From Bacilli bacterium (GTDB lineage Bacteria > Bacillota_I > Bacilli_A > RFN20 > CAG-826), in NCBI GenBank assembly GCA_017635565.1, contig JAGBLE010000012.1, positions 17,234 to 81,233 on the forward strand: a stretch of DNA of 64,000 bases. The letters run 5' to 3'. The position numbers were made by a program, and so were the translations under genes. The stretch's first letter is position 1. Every line of letters begins with the position of its first letter. Below the pieces are notes generated by a model. It saw only the letters and a list, made by a program, of their open reading frames with translations, ran no database searches and had not been told where the DNA came from. Shown piece after piece: positions 27,479 through 39,990 of this stretch.

Positions 27479-28363
27479 TTAGTCGATAGAAATTAATTCG
27501 TAATCAGTCGAACCGAATCCAAGTTTTTCCGCTGCTTCAATTGTGTGTTCGCCATTTCTTGAACTAACTCTCTGCATGAAATGACTCACTCCTGGATCTC
27601 CTGATTTTTTCACCAAATCAATGCAAGCTCTATCGATTGCAATTGGATCAGTTGACGCTAATATTCCAATATCTTTTAAGCATGGATCTTCTGCTACTTC
27701 ACAACAGTCGCAATCAACTGACATATTGCACATCATATTGATATAGACAATCTTCCCTTTGAATTTATTATGGACTGCACTAGCAGCGTCTGCCATCGCT
27801 TCTAAAAAACTATTCTGAGCTGGTAAATCATTCCATAAATTATATTGGTCTAACGTTCTTCCAGCGGAATGAATATATGATTTTCCTCTACTTGAAGCAA
27901 ATCCAATTGATAATTGTTTAAGTGCTCCACCATATCCTCCCATTGGATGTCCTTTAAAATGAGATAAGAGTAAGATTGAATCATATCTTTTTAAATGTCC
28001 ACCAACGTAGTCTTTTTTAATAATTTTTCCATTAGGAATATCGATGACTTCATCTTCATCATCTTCGTCCATTAAATCAACCGGAAAATATTTATACCAT
28101 CCATGTTTTTCAAATAATCTTTTATGTTTTTCAGATGTATTTCTTGCGCCTTCATAAGCAGTATTACACTCAATAACAGTGCCATTAACATAATCAATCA
28201 TTGGCTTGAGAAATTCTGGTCTTAAAAAGTTTTGGTTTCCATCTTCACCAGAATGAACCTTACATCCAATATTCCCTTTAAGTTCGACTCCTAGTGCTCG
28301 ATATATATCAATAACTCTTTCAGGGGTTAATGTTTTTGTAAAATATACTTTTGACTTTGCCAT
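27479..28363 (-). CDS. DUF362 domain-containing protein (COG2768-like)
   Basis: 294 aa. KVYFT N-terminus, KVHSGE.GNQNFLRP and SHFKGHPMGGYGGALKQLSIG fit the DUF362 pattern. Contains a CDCC cluster. Confidence 0.65.
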   Translation of the reverse strand: MAKSKVYFTKTLTPERVIDIYRALGVELKGNIGCKVHSGEDGNQNFLRPEFLKPMIDYVNGTVIECNTAYEGARNTSEKHKRLFEKHGWYKYFPVDLMDEDDEDEVIDIPNGKIIKKDYVGGHLKRYDSILLLSHFKGHPMGGYGGALKQLSIGFASSRGKSYIHSAGRTLDQYNLWNDLPAQNSFLEAMADAASAVHNKFKGKIVYINMMCNMSVDCDCCEVAEDPCLKDIGILASTDPIAIDRACIDLVKKSGDPGVSHFMQRVSSRNGEHTIEAAEKLGFGSTDYELISID

Positions 28364-28549
28364 ATATTTGTCTCCTCTTTATTAATATTAATAAATATTG
28401 TCAAATAGATAAAAGAAAAAACTCATTTCTTTATTATCAAACTTATATAACTTTCGTTTTCAAGAGGTTTCCCTTCCGACACTTAAAAAAATACAAAATA
28501 TAACTCTATTTTTCAATAGGGAACTATGAACAATGCGAAGGTTATATGT

Positions 28550-28584
28550 TATAAAGAAAAGACATCCTGTAATACCAGAATGTC
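28550..28584 (-). terminator. Intrinsic terminator after tRNA-Arg
   Basis: Minus strand reads GACATTCTG-GTATTA-CAGGATGTC (one mismatch) followed by TTTTCTTTAT. Confidence 0.5.
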
Positions 28585-28597
28585 ATACTTTTTACGA

Positions 28598-28674
28598 TGG
28601 CGCGCTTAAGACGATTCGAACGTCCGACCCTCTCCTTAGGAGGGAGATGCTCTGTCCAGCTGAGCTATAAGCGC
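28598..28674 (-). tRNA. tRNA-Arg (anticodon CCU)
   Basis: 77-nt cloverleaf folded by hand: acceptor GCGCTTA/TAAGCGC, anticodon loop CTCCTAA, T-loop TTCGAAT, encoded CCA. Confidence 0.9.
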
Positions 28675-28689
28675 ATATAGATGAAGTGG

Positions 28690-29709
28690 TTAATCTTCAT
28701 CATATCCTTTTGGATTATTTTTTTGCCAATTCCAAGAGTCTCGACAAGCATCAACAATATCCAAATTAGCTTTCCAGCCCATTTCTCGATAGGCTTTACT
28801 TGCATCAGCGTAATTTTCATCGACATCTCCAGGGCGTCTTTCTTTAATCACATAAGGAATTTTTAAATTATTAGCCTTTTCAAATGCTTTAACTAAATCT
28901 AAAACAGAAGTTCCTTTTCCTGTTCCTAAATTGTAAATGACCAAGCCTGGTTTTTCTTCAAGCTTTTTAAGAGCCGCTAAATGGCCATTAGCTAAATCAA
29001 CGACATGGATATAATCTCTTACTCCTGTTCCATCTGGAGTATTGTAATCATTTCCAAAAACATTTAAATAAGGTCTTTTGCCAACCGCTACTTGAGTAAT
29101 ATATGGCATTAGGTTATTTGGAATGCCTTGTGGATCTTCGCCAATAAGTCCACTTTCGTGAGCACCAATTGGATTGAAATATCTTAAAATTGCAATATTA
29201 GCTTCTGGATGTTCTTTAGCGTAATCTTGAAGCATATATTCAATTTCGAGTTTTGTTTGTCCATATGGATTTGTACAACCACCAATTTTATCACTTTCTT
29301 TTAGTGGGACGTGATCAGGAACGCCATACACTGTCGCGCTACTTGAGAAGACAATATTCCTAACATCAAATTCACTCATTAAATTGAGCAAAACAATACT
29401 TGAACCAATATTATTTCTAATGTATAAACCTGGTTTTTGAGTTGATTCACCTACGCTTTTAAGACCAGCAAAATGAATAATATCAGTAATTTTTTCTTTT
29501 CTAAATAATTCACGCATTTTGTTTTCGTTACACACATCAATTTCATAAAATCTTGGGTTTTTGCCAGTAATTTTGTAGATTCTATTTAAAACTTCAGGTT
29601 TTGAATTGACATAGTTATCAACGATTACTACATCATAATTATTTTTGAGTAATTCTACGACTGTGTGGCTTCCAATATATCCTGTTCCACCTGTTACTAA
29701 AATTGCCAT
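28690..29709 (-). CDS. galE: UDP-glucose 4-epimerase
   Basis: 339 aa. MAILVTGGTGYIGSH Rossmann motif and the YGQTK catalytic motif. Confidence 0.9.
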   Translation of the reverse strand: MAILVTGGTGYIGSHTVVELLKNNYDVVIVDNYVNSKPEVLNRIYKITGKNPRFYEIDVCNENKMRELFRKEKITDIIHFAGLKSVGESTQKPGLYIRNNIGSSIVLLNLMSEFDVRNIVFSSSATVYGVPDHVPLKESDKIGGCTNPYGQTKLEIEYMLQDYAKEHPEANIAILRYFNPIGAHESGLIGEDPQGIPNNLMPYITQVAVGKRPYLNVFGNDYNTPDGTGVRDYIHVVDLANGHLAALKKLEEKPGLVIYNLGTGKGTSVLDLVKAFEKANNLKIPYVIKERRPGDVDENYADASKAYREMGWKANLDIVDACRDSWNWQKNNPKGYDED

Positions 29710-29711
29710 TT

Positions 29712-31136
29712 TTATCTCCTCTCAATTCTTTCCTTAATAAGTTTATTTGTCAGTGATGGATTTGCTTTCCCGCGAGTGACTTTCATTACTTCTCCAATAA
29801 GATATCTAATTGCTTTATCTCTGCCATTTTGATAATCGGTTATTGCCTGACTATTTTTATCTAATATCTCATCGATGATTTTTGTTAATTCAGTCTCATC
29901 ACTTTCTTGGGTTAATCCCATCCCATCAATTATTTCTTTAGCGTCTTTATTCGCCTCAACCATTTTATCAAAAACTTGCTTCGCTTGTTTATTACTAATT
30001 GCATTATTTTTAATTAAGTTGATTAATTCCACTAATTGGGATGGTGAAACATTGAAATCCAAAATCGATATTTTATATTTATTTAAATAAGATAAGACTT
30101 CTTGATTAATCCACTTAGCGAATTCTTTTGGATATGAACATTTTTTCATTCCGGTTTCAAAATAATTAGATATGTCTTTATCAGCTAAAAGTTGTCTTGC
30201 ATCATTATTTGAAACACCATAACTTAAATATCTTTCAAGTTTTTGCTTTGCTAATTCAGGAGAAGAATCAATCGCAGATTTGATAAAATCTTCACTCAAT
30301 TTAATTGGAACAATATTCGGATCAGTAAAATATTTATAATCAACTGAATCGAGTTTGATTCTCATTAGTTCGGTTTTCTTTTGTTTTTCATTATATCTTC
30401 TAGTTTCTTTTTTAACTTTTTCATTCGAAAGTATAATTTTTTGTTGTCTATTTATTTCATAATCAATTGCTTTTTGAATATTACTTATCGAATTAAGGTT
30501 TTTAATTTCAACCTTAGTGCCATAACCTAAGGAACCTTTTTCTTTAACTGAAACATTGATATCCACTCTTAGTGAGCCTTCTTCCATTTTGCCATCACTA
30601 ATATTTAAATAAGTGACAATAGAACGAATTTCTTCAACATATTTAGCGGCTTCTCGTCCACTATTAATTTCTGGTAATGAAACTATTTCAAGGAGAGGAA
30701 TTCCTGCTCGATTAAAATCCAGAAGGGACTTATTTTTAAGATGCATTTGTTTACAAGCATCTTCTTCAATATGAAGTTGTAAGATTCCGATTCTTTTTAT
30801 TTTTCCATCTTCTTCAATTTCAACATATCCGTTTTTTCCTATTGGACGATAATGTTGTGTTAATTGATATCCTTTAGGGAGGTCGCTATAAAAATAATTT
30901 TTTCTTTCAAATATCAAAGTATCATCAATTTGCATGTGTAAAGCATTTGCCATTTGGATTGCATATATGACTGCTTTTTTGTTAACGGTAGGTAGACTTC
31001 CTGGAAACGCCATATCGGACAAATCAACATTTGTGTTAGGAGGGCAACCAAAAGAAACCAAGGCAGAAGAAAACATCTTTGACTTAGTTTTAAGTTGAAC
31101 ATGAATTTCTAAACCAATAATAGCTTCTAGTTCCAT
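29712..31136 (-). CDS. gatB: Asp/Glu-tRNA amidotransferase subunit B
   Basis: 474 aa. MELEAIIGLEIHVQL N-terminus; follows gatA. Confidence 0.9.
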   Translation of the reverse strand: MELEAIIGLEIHVQLKTKSKMFSSALVSFGCPPNTNVDLSDMAFPGSLPTVNKKAVIYAIQMANALHMQIDDTLIFERKNYFYSDLPKGYQLTQHYRPIGKNGYVEIEEDGKIKRIGILQLHIEEDACKQMHLKNKSLLDFNRAGIPLLEIVSLPEINSGREAAKYVEEIRSIVTYLNISDGKMEEGSLRVDINVSVKEKGSLGYGTKVEIKNLNSISNIQKAIDYEINRQQKIILSNEKVKKETRRYNEKQKKTELMRIKLDSVDYKYFTDPNIVPIKLSEDFIKSAIDSSPELAKQKLERYLSYGVSNNDARQLLADKDISNYFETGMKKCSYPKEFAKWINQEVLSYLNKYKISILDFNVSPSQLVELINLIKNNAISNKQAKQVFDKMVEANKDAKEIIDGMGLTQESDETELTKIIDEILDKNSQAITDYQNGRDKAIRYLIGEVMKVTRGKANPSLTNKLIKERIERR

Positions 31137-31138
31137 TA

Positions 31139-32590
31139 TTATTTACCTGCAACAATATTTGCTAATCCTGTCTTCTTCTCTAATTCATTAGCGATATTAA
31201 GCAAATTCGATTCATCAAAAGGTTTAGCGGTCAAATTACCGCCAAAAGGTAAACCATCACAAAAACCAATTGGAATAGTGATTGAAGGGAATCCACCCAA
31301 ATTTGCAAAAGCCATGTAATTATCCGCAATTAATGAATCGTTATCGATTTGTACTTTTGTTGTTTTAATTAAAGGGGCAACTGTTGGACTAGCAGGAGCG
31401 TATATCGCATCATATTTCTCAAACACTTTATTAAAAGCATTAACAATTAATCTTCGACATTTTTGTGCTCTTAAGAACAATTCATTTTGATTTTCCTTAA
31501 GTAAAGAAAGACTTCCAATAACAAATCTTCTCTTTGCGTAAGCCGAAAATCCAGCGGTTCTTGTTTTCTTCACTACTTCTTCATAAGAATTCCCATCGAT
31601 TCGATTACCAAATTTAATACCATCGAGTGAGGCATAATTACTCGTAGCTTCCGCAGAAGCAATAATGATATATGTTGAATAAATGGCTCTTAAAAGTTTT
31701 TGATCAATTGAAATTTCATCAACAACTGCTCCATTATCACGTAAGAAAGCCACTGTTTTGTTAAATTGCTCTTTAATAGTTTGTGAAGAAACAGAGTCAT
31801 TAATTTCCTTAATAACTGCAATTTTTTTGCCTAATAAAGGATTGTCTAATTGTTTTGTATAATCCTCAACTTCTTTAAAAGAAGAAGAGAAATCTTTATC
31901 ATCTCGTCCTGCTAAAACATTCAAGATACAAGCAGAATCGAAAACATTACGAGTAAAATAGGCGACATGGTCTAGTGAACATGCGAAAGGAAATAATCCA
32001 TATCGAGAAATTCTTCCCCAAGTTGGTTTTAGTCCAACTAAACCTGCATAAGAAGCAGGCTTTCTTACCGAGTCTCCTGTATCGCTTCCGATTGAAAAAG
32101 GAACTATTCCAGCACTAACTGATGCAGCGCTTCCACTACTAGATCCACCAATAATATGAGTGTGTGATTTATCCCATGGGTTATAAGTAATTCCTAAGTG
32201 TCCATTAGTTCCAGTTCCACCCATTGCAAGTTCATCCATCGTGCTTTTTCCAATCACGATAGCGCCTTCATTTTCTAATCTAGTAACTACTTCGCTAGAA
32301 AAGACTGGTACATAACCATTAAGGATATTGCTACTAGCGGTAGTAGGTATATCTTTTGTTGCGTAATTATCTTTAATGACAACTGGTATGCCATATAAGA
32401 GCTTGCTTATTTTATTTTTATCTAATGACTTGGCCTTTTGGATTGCTTCTTTTTCACAAATATATTCAAAGGCGTTATTATTATCTTTTTTCGCTAAAGA
32501 AATAGCCTCAATCACTAAATCAAGAGGAGTTACTTTGCCATCTAAAATAGCGTTATGAATAGTTCTTATGTCTTTGGATAAATAATTCAT
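31139..32590 (-). CDS. gatA: Asp/Glu-tRNA amidotransferase subunit A
   Basis: 483 aa with the amidase signature GGSSSGSAASV. 4-nt overlap with gatC. Confidence 0.9.
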   Translation of the reverse strand: MNYLSKDIRTIHNAILDGKVTPLDLVIEAISLAKKDNNNAFEYICEKEAIQKAKSLDKNKISKLLYGIPVVIKDNYATKDIPTTASSNILNGYVPVFSSEVVTRLENEGAIVIGKSTMDELAMGGTGTNGHLGITYNPWDKSHTHIIGGSSSGSAASVSAGIVPFSIGSDTGDSVRKPASYAGLVGLKPTWGRISRYGLFPFACSLDHVAYFTRNVFDSACILNVLAGRDDKDFSSSFKEVEDYTKQLDNPLLGKKIAVIKEINDSVSSQTIKEQFNKTVAFLRDNGAVVDEISIDQKLLRAIYSTYIIIASAEATSNYASLDGIKFGNRIDGNSYEEVVKKTRTAGFSAYAKRRFVIGSLSLLKENQNELFLRAQKCRRLIVNAFNKVFEKYDAIYAPASPTVAPLIKTTKVQIDNDSLIADNYMAFANLGGFPSITIPIGFCDGLPFGGNLTAKPFDESNLLNIANELEKKTGLANIVAGK

Positions 32591-32880
32591 TTTATAACCC
32601 TCGGCACCACTATAAGATTATCTTCTACATCATTACTATTTTTTAAAGCATCAGTGGTCGAAATATTATGTGGAACATCTTCTCTTAAAAATGAATTACT
32701 AACTTCGAAAGGAAAAGTCATTGGTTCGGCTTCATCAACACCATCTATTTCACTAATGAAATTTATATGTTCCATGATGATTTTGAAATCTTCTAATAAT
32801 TTAGAATATTCCTCATCAGTAAGTTCGAACATCAATCTATCAACAGCGGTTTTTAATGTATTAATATCTACATCTTTCAT
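32587..32880 (-). CDS. gatC: Asp/Glu-tRNA amidotransferase subunit C
   Basis: 97 aa, positioned upstream of gatA, with typical GatC length and sequence character. Confidence 0.85.
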   Translation of the reverse strand: MKDVDINTLKTAVDRLMFELTDEEYSKLLEDFKIIMEHINFISEIDGVDEAEPMTFPFEVSNSFLREDVPHNISTTDALKNSNDVEDNLIVVPRVIK

Positions 32881-32907
32881 ATATCAATCAATCTATCACA
32901 GACCACA

Positions 32908-32944
32908 AATAAAAAACACCAAAATCATAAGATTAAGGTGTTTT
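32908..32944 (-). terminator. Intrinsic terminator or attenuator between ligA and gatC
   Basis: Minus strand reads AAACACC, a 16-nt loop, GGTGTTT, followed by TTTTATTT. Confidence 0.55.
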
Positions 32945-32951
32945 AAATAAT

Positions 32952-37186
<4,235 letters not shown>

Positions 37187-37192
37187 AGCAAT

Positions 37193-37221
37193 ATATTACC
37201 ATAGTAATTGCCTCTATTCAA
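37193..37221 (-). promoter_or_regulatory. Promoter for pcrA with leaderless geometry
   Basis: Minus strand reads TTGAAT, a 17-nt spacer, TAATAT, then 6 nt (ATTGCT) and the ATG. No SD sequence. Confidence 0.6.
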
Positions 37222-37238
37222 TTTGAAACAAAGTTTTT

Positions 37239-37655
37239 TTATTGCGTGTTTATATAATCTAAAATTTGTGCTATTCCGGAGTAATATTCTGAAAGCGCTC
37301 CATTTATAATCTTTATTAAAAAAGGAGTTCCAAAAATATAAAAATCATCAATGTTTTTCATACCGATCAAATTATTTCCTTTTTTAAATACTGCTTCAGT
37401 ACTTGTTTCGACAAAATACATTTTTTCATCTGTTGAAAAATAAAATAACAATATTTCCTGTTTGATTTCTTTGCAATAACCACAAGTTAAACTATAAAAA
37501 TACACAAGATAAGTTTTGTCTTCTTGATTAAATACATCAGACCATGAAATATGTGTGCCAACATCTTCATAATCATAATTAATTTGACTACTCGTTTTAC
37601 TTACCGGAGCACAACCGGTGATAAATACTAATAGTAATGATAAAAACTTTTTCAT
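37239..37655 (-). CDS. Thioredoxin-fold lipoprotein (CxxC thiol-disulfide oxidoreductase-like)
   Basis: Lipobox VFITGC. CGYC active-site-like motif in YFYSLTCGYCKEIK. 138 aa. Confidence 0.7.
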   Translation of the reverse strand: MKKFLSLLLVFITGCAPVSKTSSQINYDYEDVGTHISWSDVFNQEDKTYLVYFYSLTCGYCKEIKQEILLFYFSTDEKMYFVETSTEAVFKKGNNLIGMKNIDDFYIFGTPFLIKIINGALSEYYSGIAQILDYINTQ

Positions 37656-37714
37656 AAATAAATTCCCCTCATTTAATAAATAGAGGAGAGAAAAGCGAAA
37701 AATTGAAAAATTTT
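37656..37714 (-). promoter_or_regulatory. Conserved leader copy B with an anti-SD/SD hairpin
   Basis: Near-identical to copy A (19382-19437). On the minus strand TCTCCTC (37689-37683) pairs with GAGGGGA (37670-37664) across the same 12-nt loop, with compensatory changes relative to copy A. Confidence 0.55.
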
Positions 37715-37733
37715 CTTAAAATATTTTCATTTT

Positions 37734-37742
37734 TGTTATCAT
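37734..37742 (+). promoter_or_regulatory. Extended -10 element with leaderless geometry for the 37749 gene
   Basis: TGtTATCAT followed by 6 nt and then the ATG. Confidence 0.45.
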
Positions 37743-37748
37743 TAGGAT

Positions 37749-38651
37749 ATGAATTTTGTTAAGAAAAGAGAAACACCAGTTCAATCAATTGCCTTTATTG
37801 GCATCATGGCCGCAATAGATGTTGTCTTTGTGTTAATAACAAGTTTATTGCCCATTTTATTTATTTTATTGGTTTTTCTTTTACCACTTACTAGTGTTCT
37901 AGTTACTTTGTCTTGCAAGAAGTTTTATTTTCCAATTTATTTCATCGCAACATTAGCGTTATGTTTTGGGGTGACTGCTGGATTTAGTATTTTCGATACT
38001 TTAATCTATGTCTTACCTTCACTTATAACTGGATTTATTTTTGGAATCTTAATAGAAAAAAAGGTATCGGCAATTTATATTTTAATAATCAATTCAGTCG
38101 TTCAATATCTACTTACATACTTAACCTTCCTTTTTCTTGATAAAGTAATAGGACAAGTTAGTTTTTTCGATTCCATTTACGCCCTAATAGGATTGGCGAA
38201 TTTTAAATTTAAGGGAATTTTGACGAATATTTTCACTTATGTTATCGCGCAAATCCAAATTATTCTTACTTACATTTTTGTTAAATACGAGATGATTAGG
38301 ATAAACATGGAAATTAACCTAGAAATTAAAAATAGATTTCTACTTTATGGTCTAACTCTGGTCGGTGGGATTTTGTCAGTTATATCAGTTTTCTTTTTCC
38401 CAGAAGTGACCATTTTATTAACTCTTGTCACTTTATCAATTACAGTGTATGAAGTTATTGATCTTTTGGCTAAAAGAAATAATGTCATATACTTTGTAAC
38501 CGGTTTTTCATTAATAGCGTTCATCTTTTTGTTTGCTTTCTTATACCAATTTGCTCCAATCCCTAATCAATTGGTTTTGCTTAATGCACTTTATCTTATT
38601 ATCACTATTGTTGATTTTCTTTTTAATTATTGTTTCAAAACAAAGTTTTAG
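37749..38651 (+). CDS. Polytopic membrane protein (about 10 TM), unknown function
   Basis: 300-aa ORF, strongly hydrophobic throughout. No family recognised; the N-terminal half is vaguely like an ECF S-component. Confidence 0.6.
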   Translation: MNFVKKRETPVQSIAFIGIMAAIDVVFVLITSLLPILFILLVFLLPLTSVLVTLSCKKFYFPIYFIATLALCFGVTAGFSIFDTLIYVLPSLITGFIFGILIEKKVSAIYILIINSVVQYLLTYLTFLFLDKVIGQVSFFDSIYALIGLANFKFKGILTNIFTYVIAQIQIILTYIFVKYEMIRINMEINLEIKNRFLLYGLTLVGGILSVISVFFFPEVTILLTLVTLSITVYEVIDLLAKRNNVIYFVTGFSLIAFIFLFAFLYQFAPIPNQLVLLNALYLIITIVDFLFNYCFKTKF

Positions 38652-38674
38652 CATATACAATTATTAATTGAGAT

Positions 38675-39160
38675 ATGGCAAATTTCTTTAAAAACATTGG
38701 TAAAGGTATAGGGTATTTCTTTGCGTTTCCTGGACTAATAATCGGAATAGCGATTTACGCTGTTTTTGGTTTGCTAGTTTTTATTTTCCAATTTTTTAAA
38801 CTTGTTTATCTTTTCTTTACCGGTCGAACACTTTTCTCGGATTTAAAAGAAGACATTGAATTAAAAGCCCTTCTCGATAAGAACAATACTTCAGAAGAAG
38901 TTGAAAACGTTGAAGATAATAAAAAAGAAGAAAATCCACTTTCGCTATATCCATCAGATTCAATTGTTTATGGAGCGGGATATTCTTCTCCTATTTTTAG
39001 TGATAAAAAAGAAGAGTCATCTAATGAACAAAATAATAAACCCGAAACATTAGAAAACGATGTTCAAGAGGAAAATAGCCAAAATATAGAAGAAGATATG
39101 ACTCCAATTGAAAGGGAAGTTTTTCTTGATGAAGAGGACAAAGAAGGAGGAGAAATGTAA
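38675..39160 (+). CDS. Membrane-hairpin protein with an acidic C-terminal tail, unknown function
   Basis: 161 aa. Two adjacent TM helices, then an E/D/N-rich tail. Confidence 0.5.
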   Translation: MANFFKNIGKGIGYFFAFPGLIIGIAIYAVFGLLVFIFQFFKLVYLFFTGRTLFSDLKEDIELKALLDKNNTSEEVENVEDNKKEENPLSLYPSDSIVYGAGYSSPIFSDKKEESSNEQNNKPETLENDVQEENSQNIEEDMTPIEREVFLDEEDKEGGEM

Positions 39161-39858
39161 TGATTAATTATTTACCTCCACTTCTCATATCTTTATCTGA
39201 CAATGACAAGAGACTAATCTTTACTCTTCTTATTGTTATTATTGTCTTGCTTGTTTTAATCGCTTTCCTTGGATATTTATTGGTAAGAATTATGAAGTGG
39301 CAATCCAAAAAAATGGATACACTTATTCATGATGTTGTTTATTATCGAATTATCACTGATCGTAAACATTTAATGAAATATGGAAGAGCTAAAAACTGGG
39401 CTTTATTCTTTAAACAATCTTATATTCCTATATTGATTATAATTGTTGGAGTCATCATTTTAATCATTCACGATTCAATAAATGATTATTGGAATTATAA
39501 TCCATTTTCTACATATGATGGCTTTGGAACTATATTCTGGACTTGGAAATTTTCTGGCGAATTTACTGGTGATCAATACGATTTAATTAGATTCCAAAAA
39601 ATCGTTTTAGACAATACTCCTCACTTAATTGATATTGCCTGGGCAGGCTATATCATTGGCCCATGTTTTTTAGTGGGTGGAGTGTGGTATTTAATAAGTA
39701 TTTCATGTTTATTAGCAAGAACTGTTCTTTTAATTAAAAGAAGCAGAGAAATATTTGAAAAAAGCCTCGATGGCTTCCGCCAAAACGAGACTAATCAAGT
39801 TCAACAAAATGTTAATGAAAATTCAAATTCAACAGAAAATCCTACTGAACTAGAATAA
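39160..39858 (+). CDS. Membrane protein (3 TM), unknown function
   Basis: 232 aa. GGAGGAG RBS; TAATG stop/start coupling to the preceding gene. Confidence 0.55.
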   Translation: MINYLPPLLISLSDNDKRLIFTLLIVIIVLLVLIAFLGYLLVRIMKWQSKKMDTLIHDVVYYRIITDRKHLMKYGRAKNWALFFKQSYIPILIIIVGVIILIIHDSINDYWNYNPFSTYDGFGTIFWTWKFSGEFTGDQYDLIRFQKIVLDNTPHLIDIAWAGYIIGPCFLVGGVWYLISISCLLARTVLLIKRSREIFEKSLDGFRQNETNQVQQNVNENSNSTENPTELE

Positions 39859-39982
39859 TAATTTGAACTGCAATATAAATAACTAAAGCAATATCCAAAA
39901 TACCTAAAAGCCAGCAGATGCGTCTCTTAGCAACTGCTTTTCTTTTTTGTTTTTCAATTTTGAGAGCTTCTTTAGAATCCAT
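39842..39982 (-). CDS. Small tail-anchored membrane protein, 46 aa (MDSKEALKIEKQKRKAVAKRRICWLLGILDIALVIYIAVQIIILVQ)
   Basis: Below the ORF-track cutoff. AGGAAA lies 5 nt upstream of the ATG, 8 nt after the asnS stop. Its 3' end overlaps the convergent gene by 17 nt. Confidence 0.35.
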   Translation of the reverse strand: MDSKEALKIEKQKRKAVAKRRICWLLGILDIALVIYIAVQIIILVQ

Positions 39983-39990
39983 ATTGTTTC

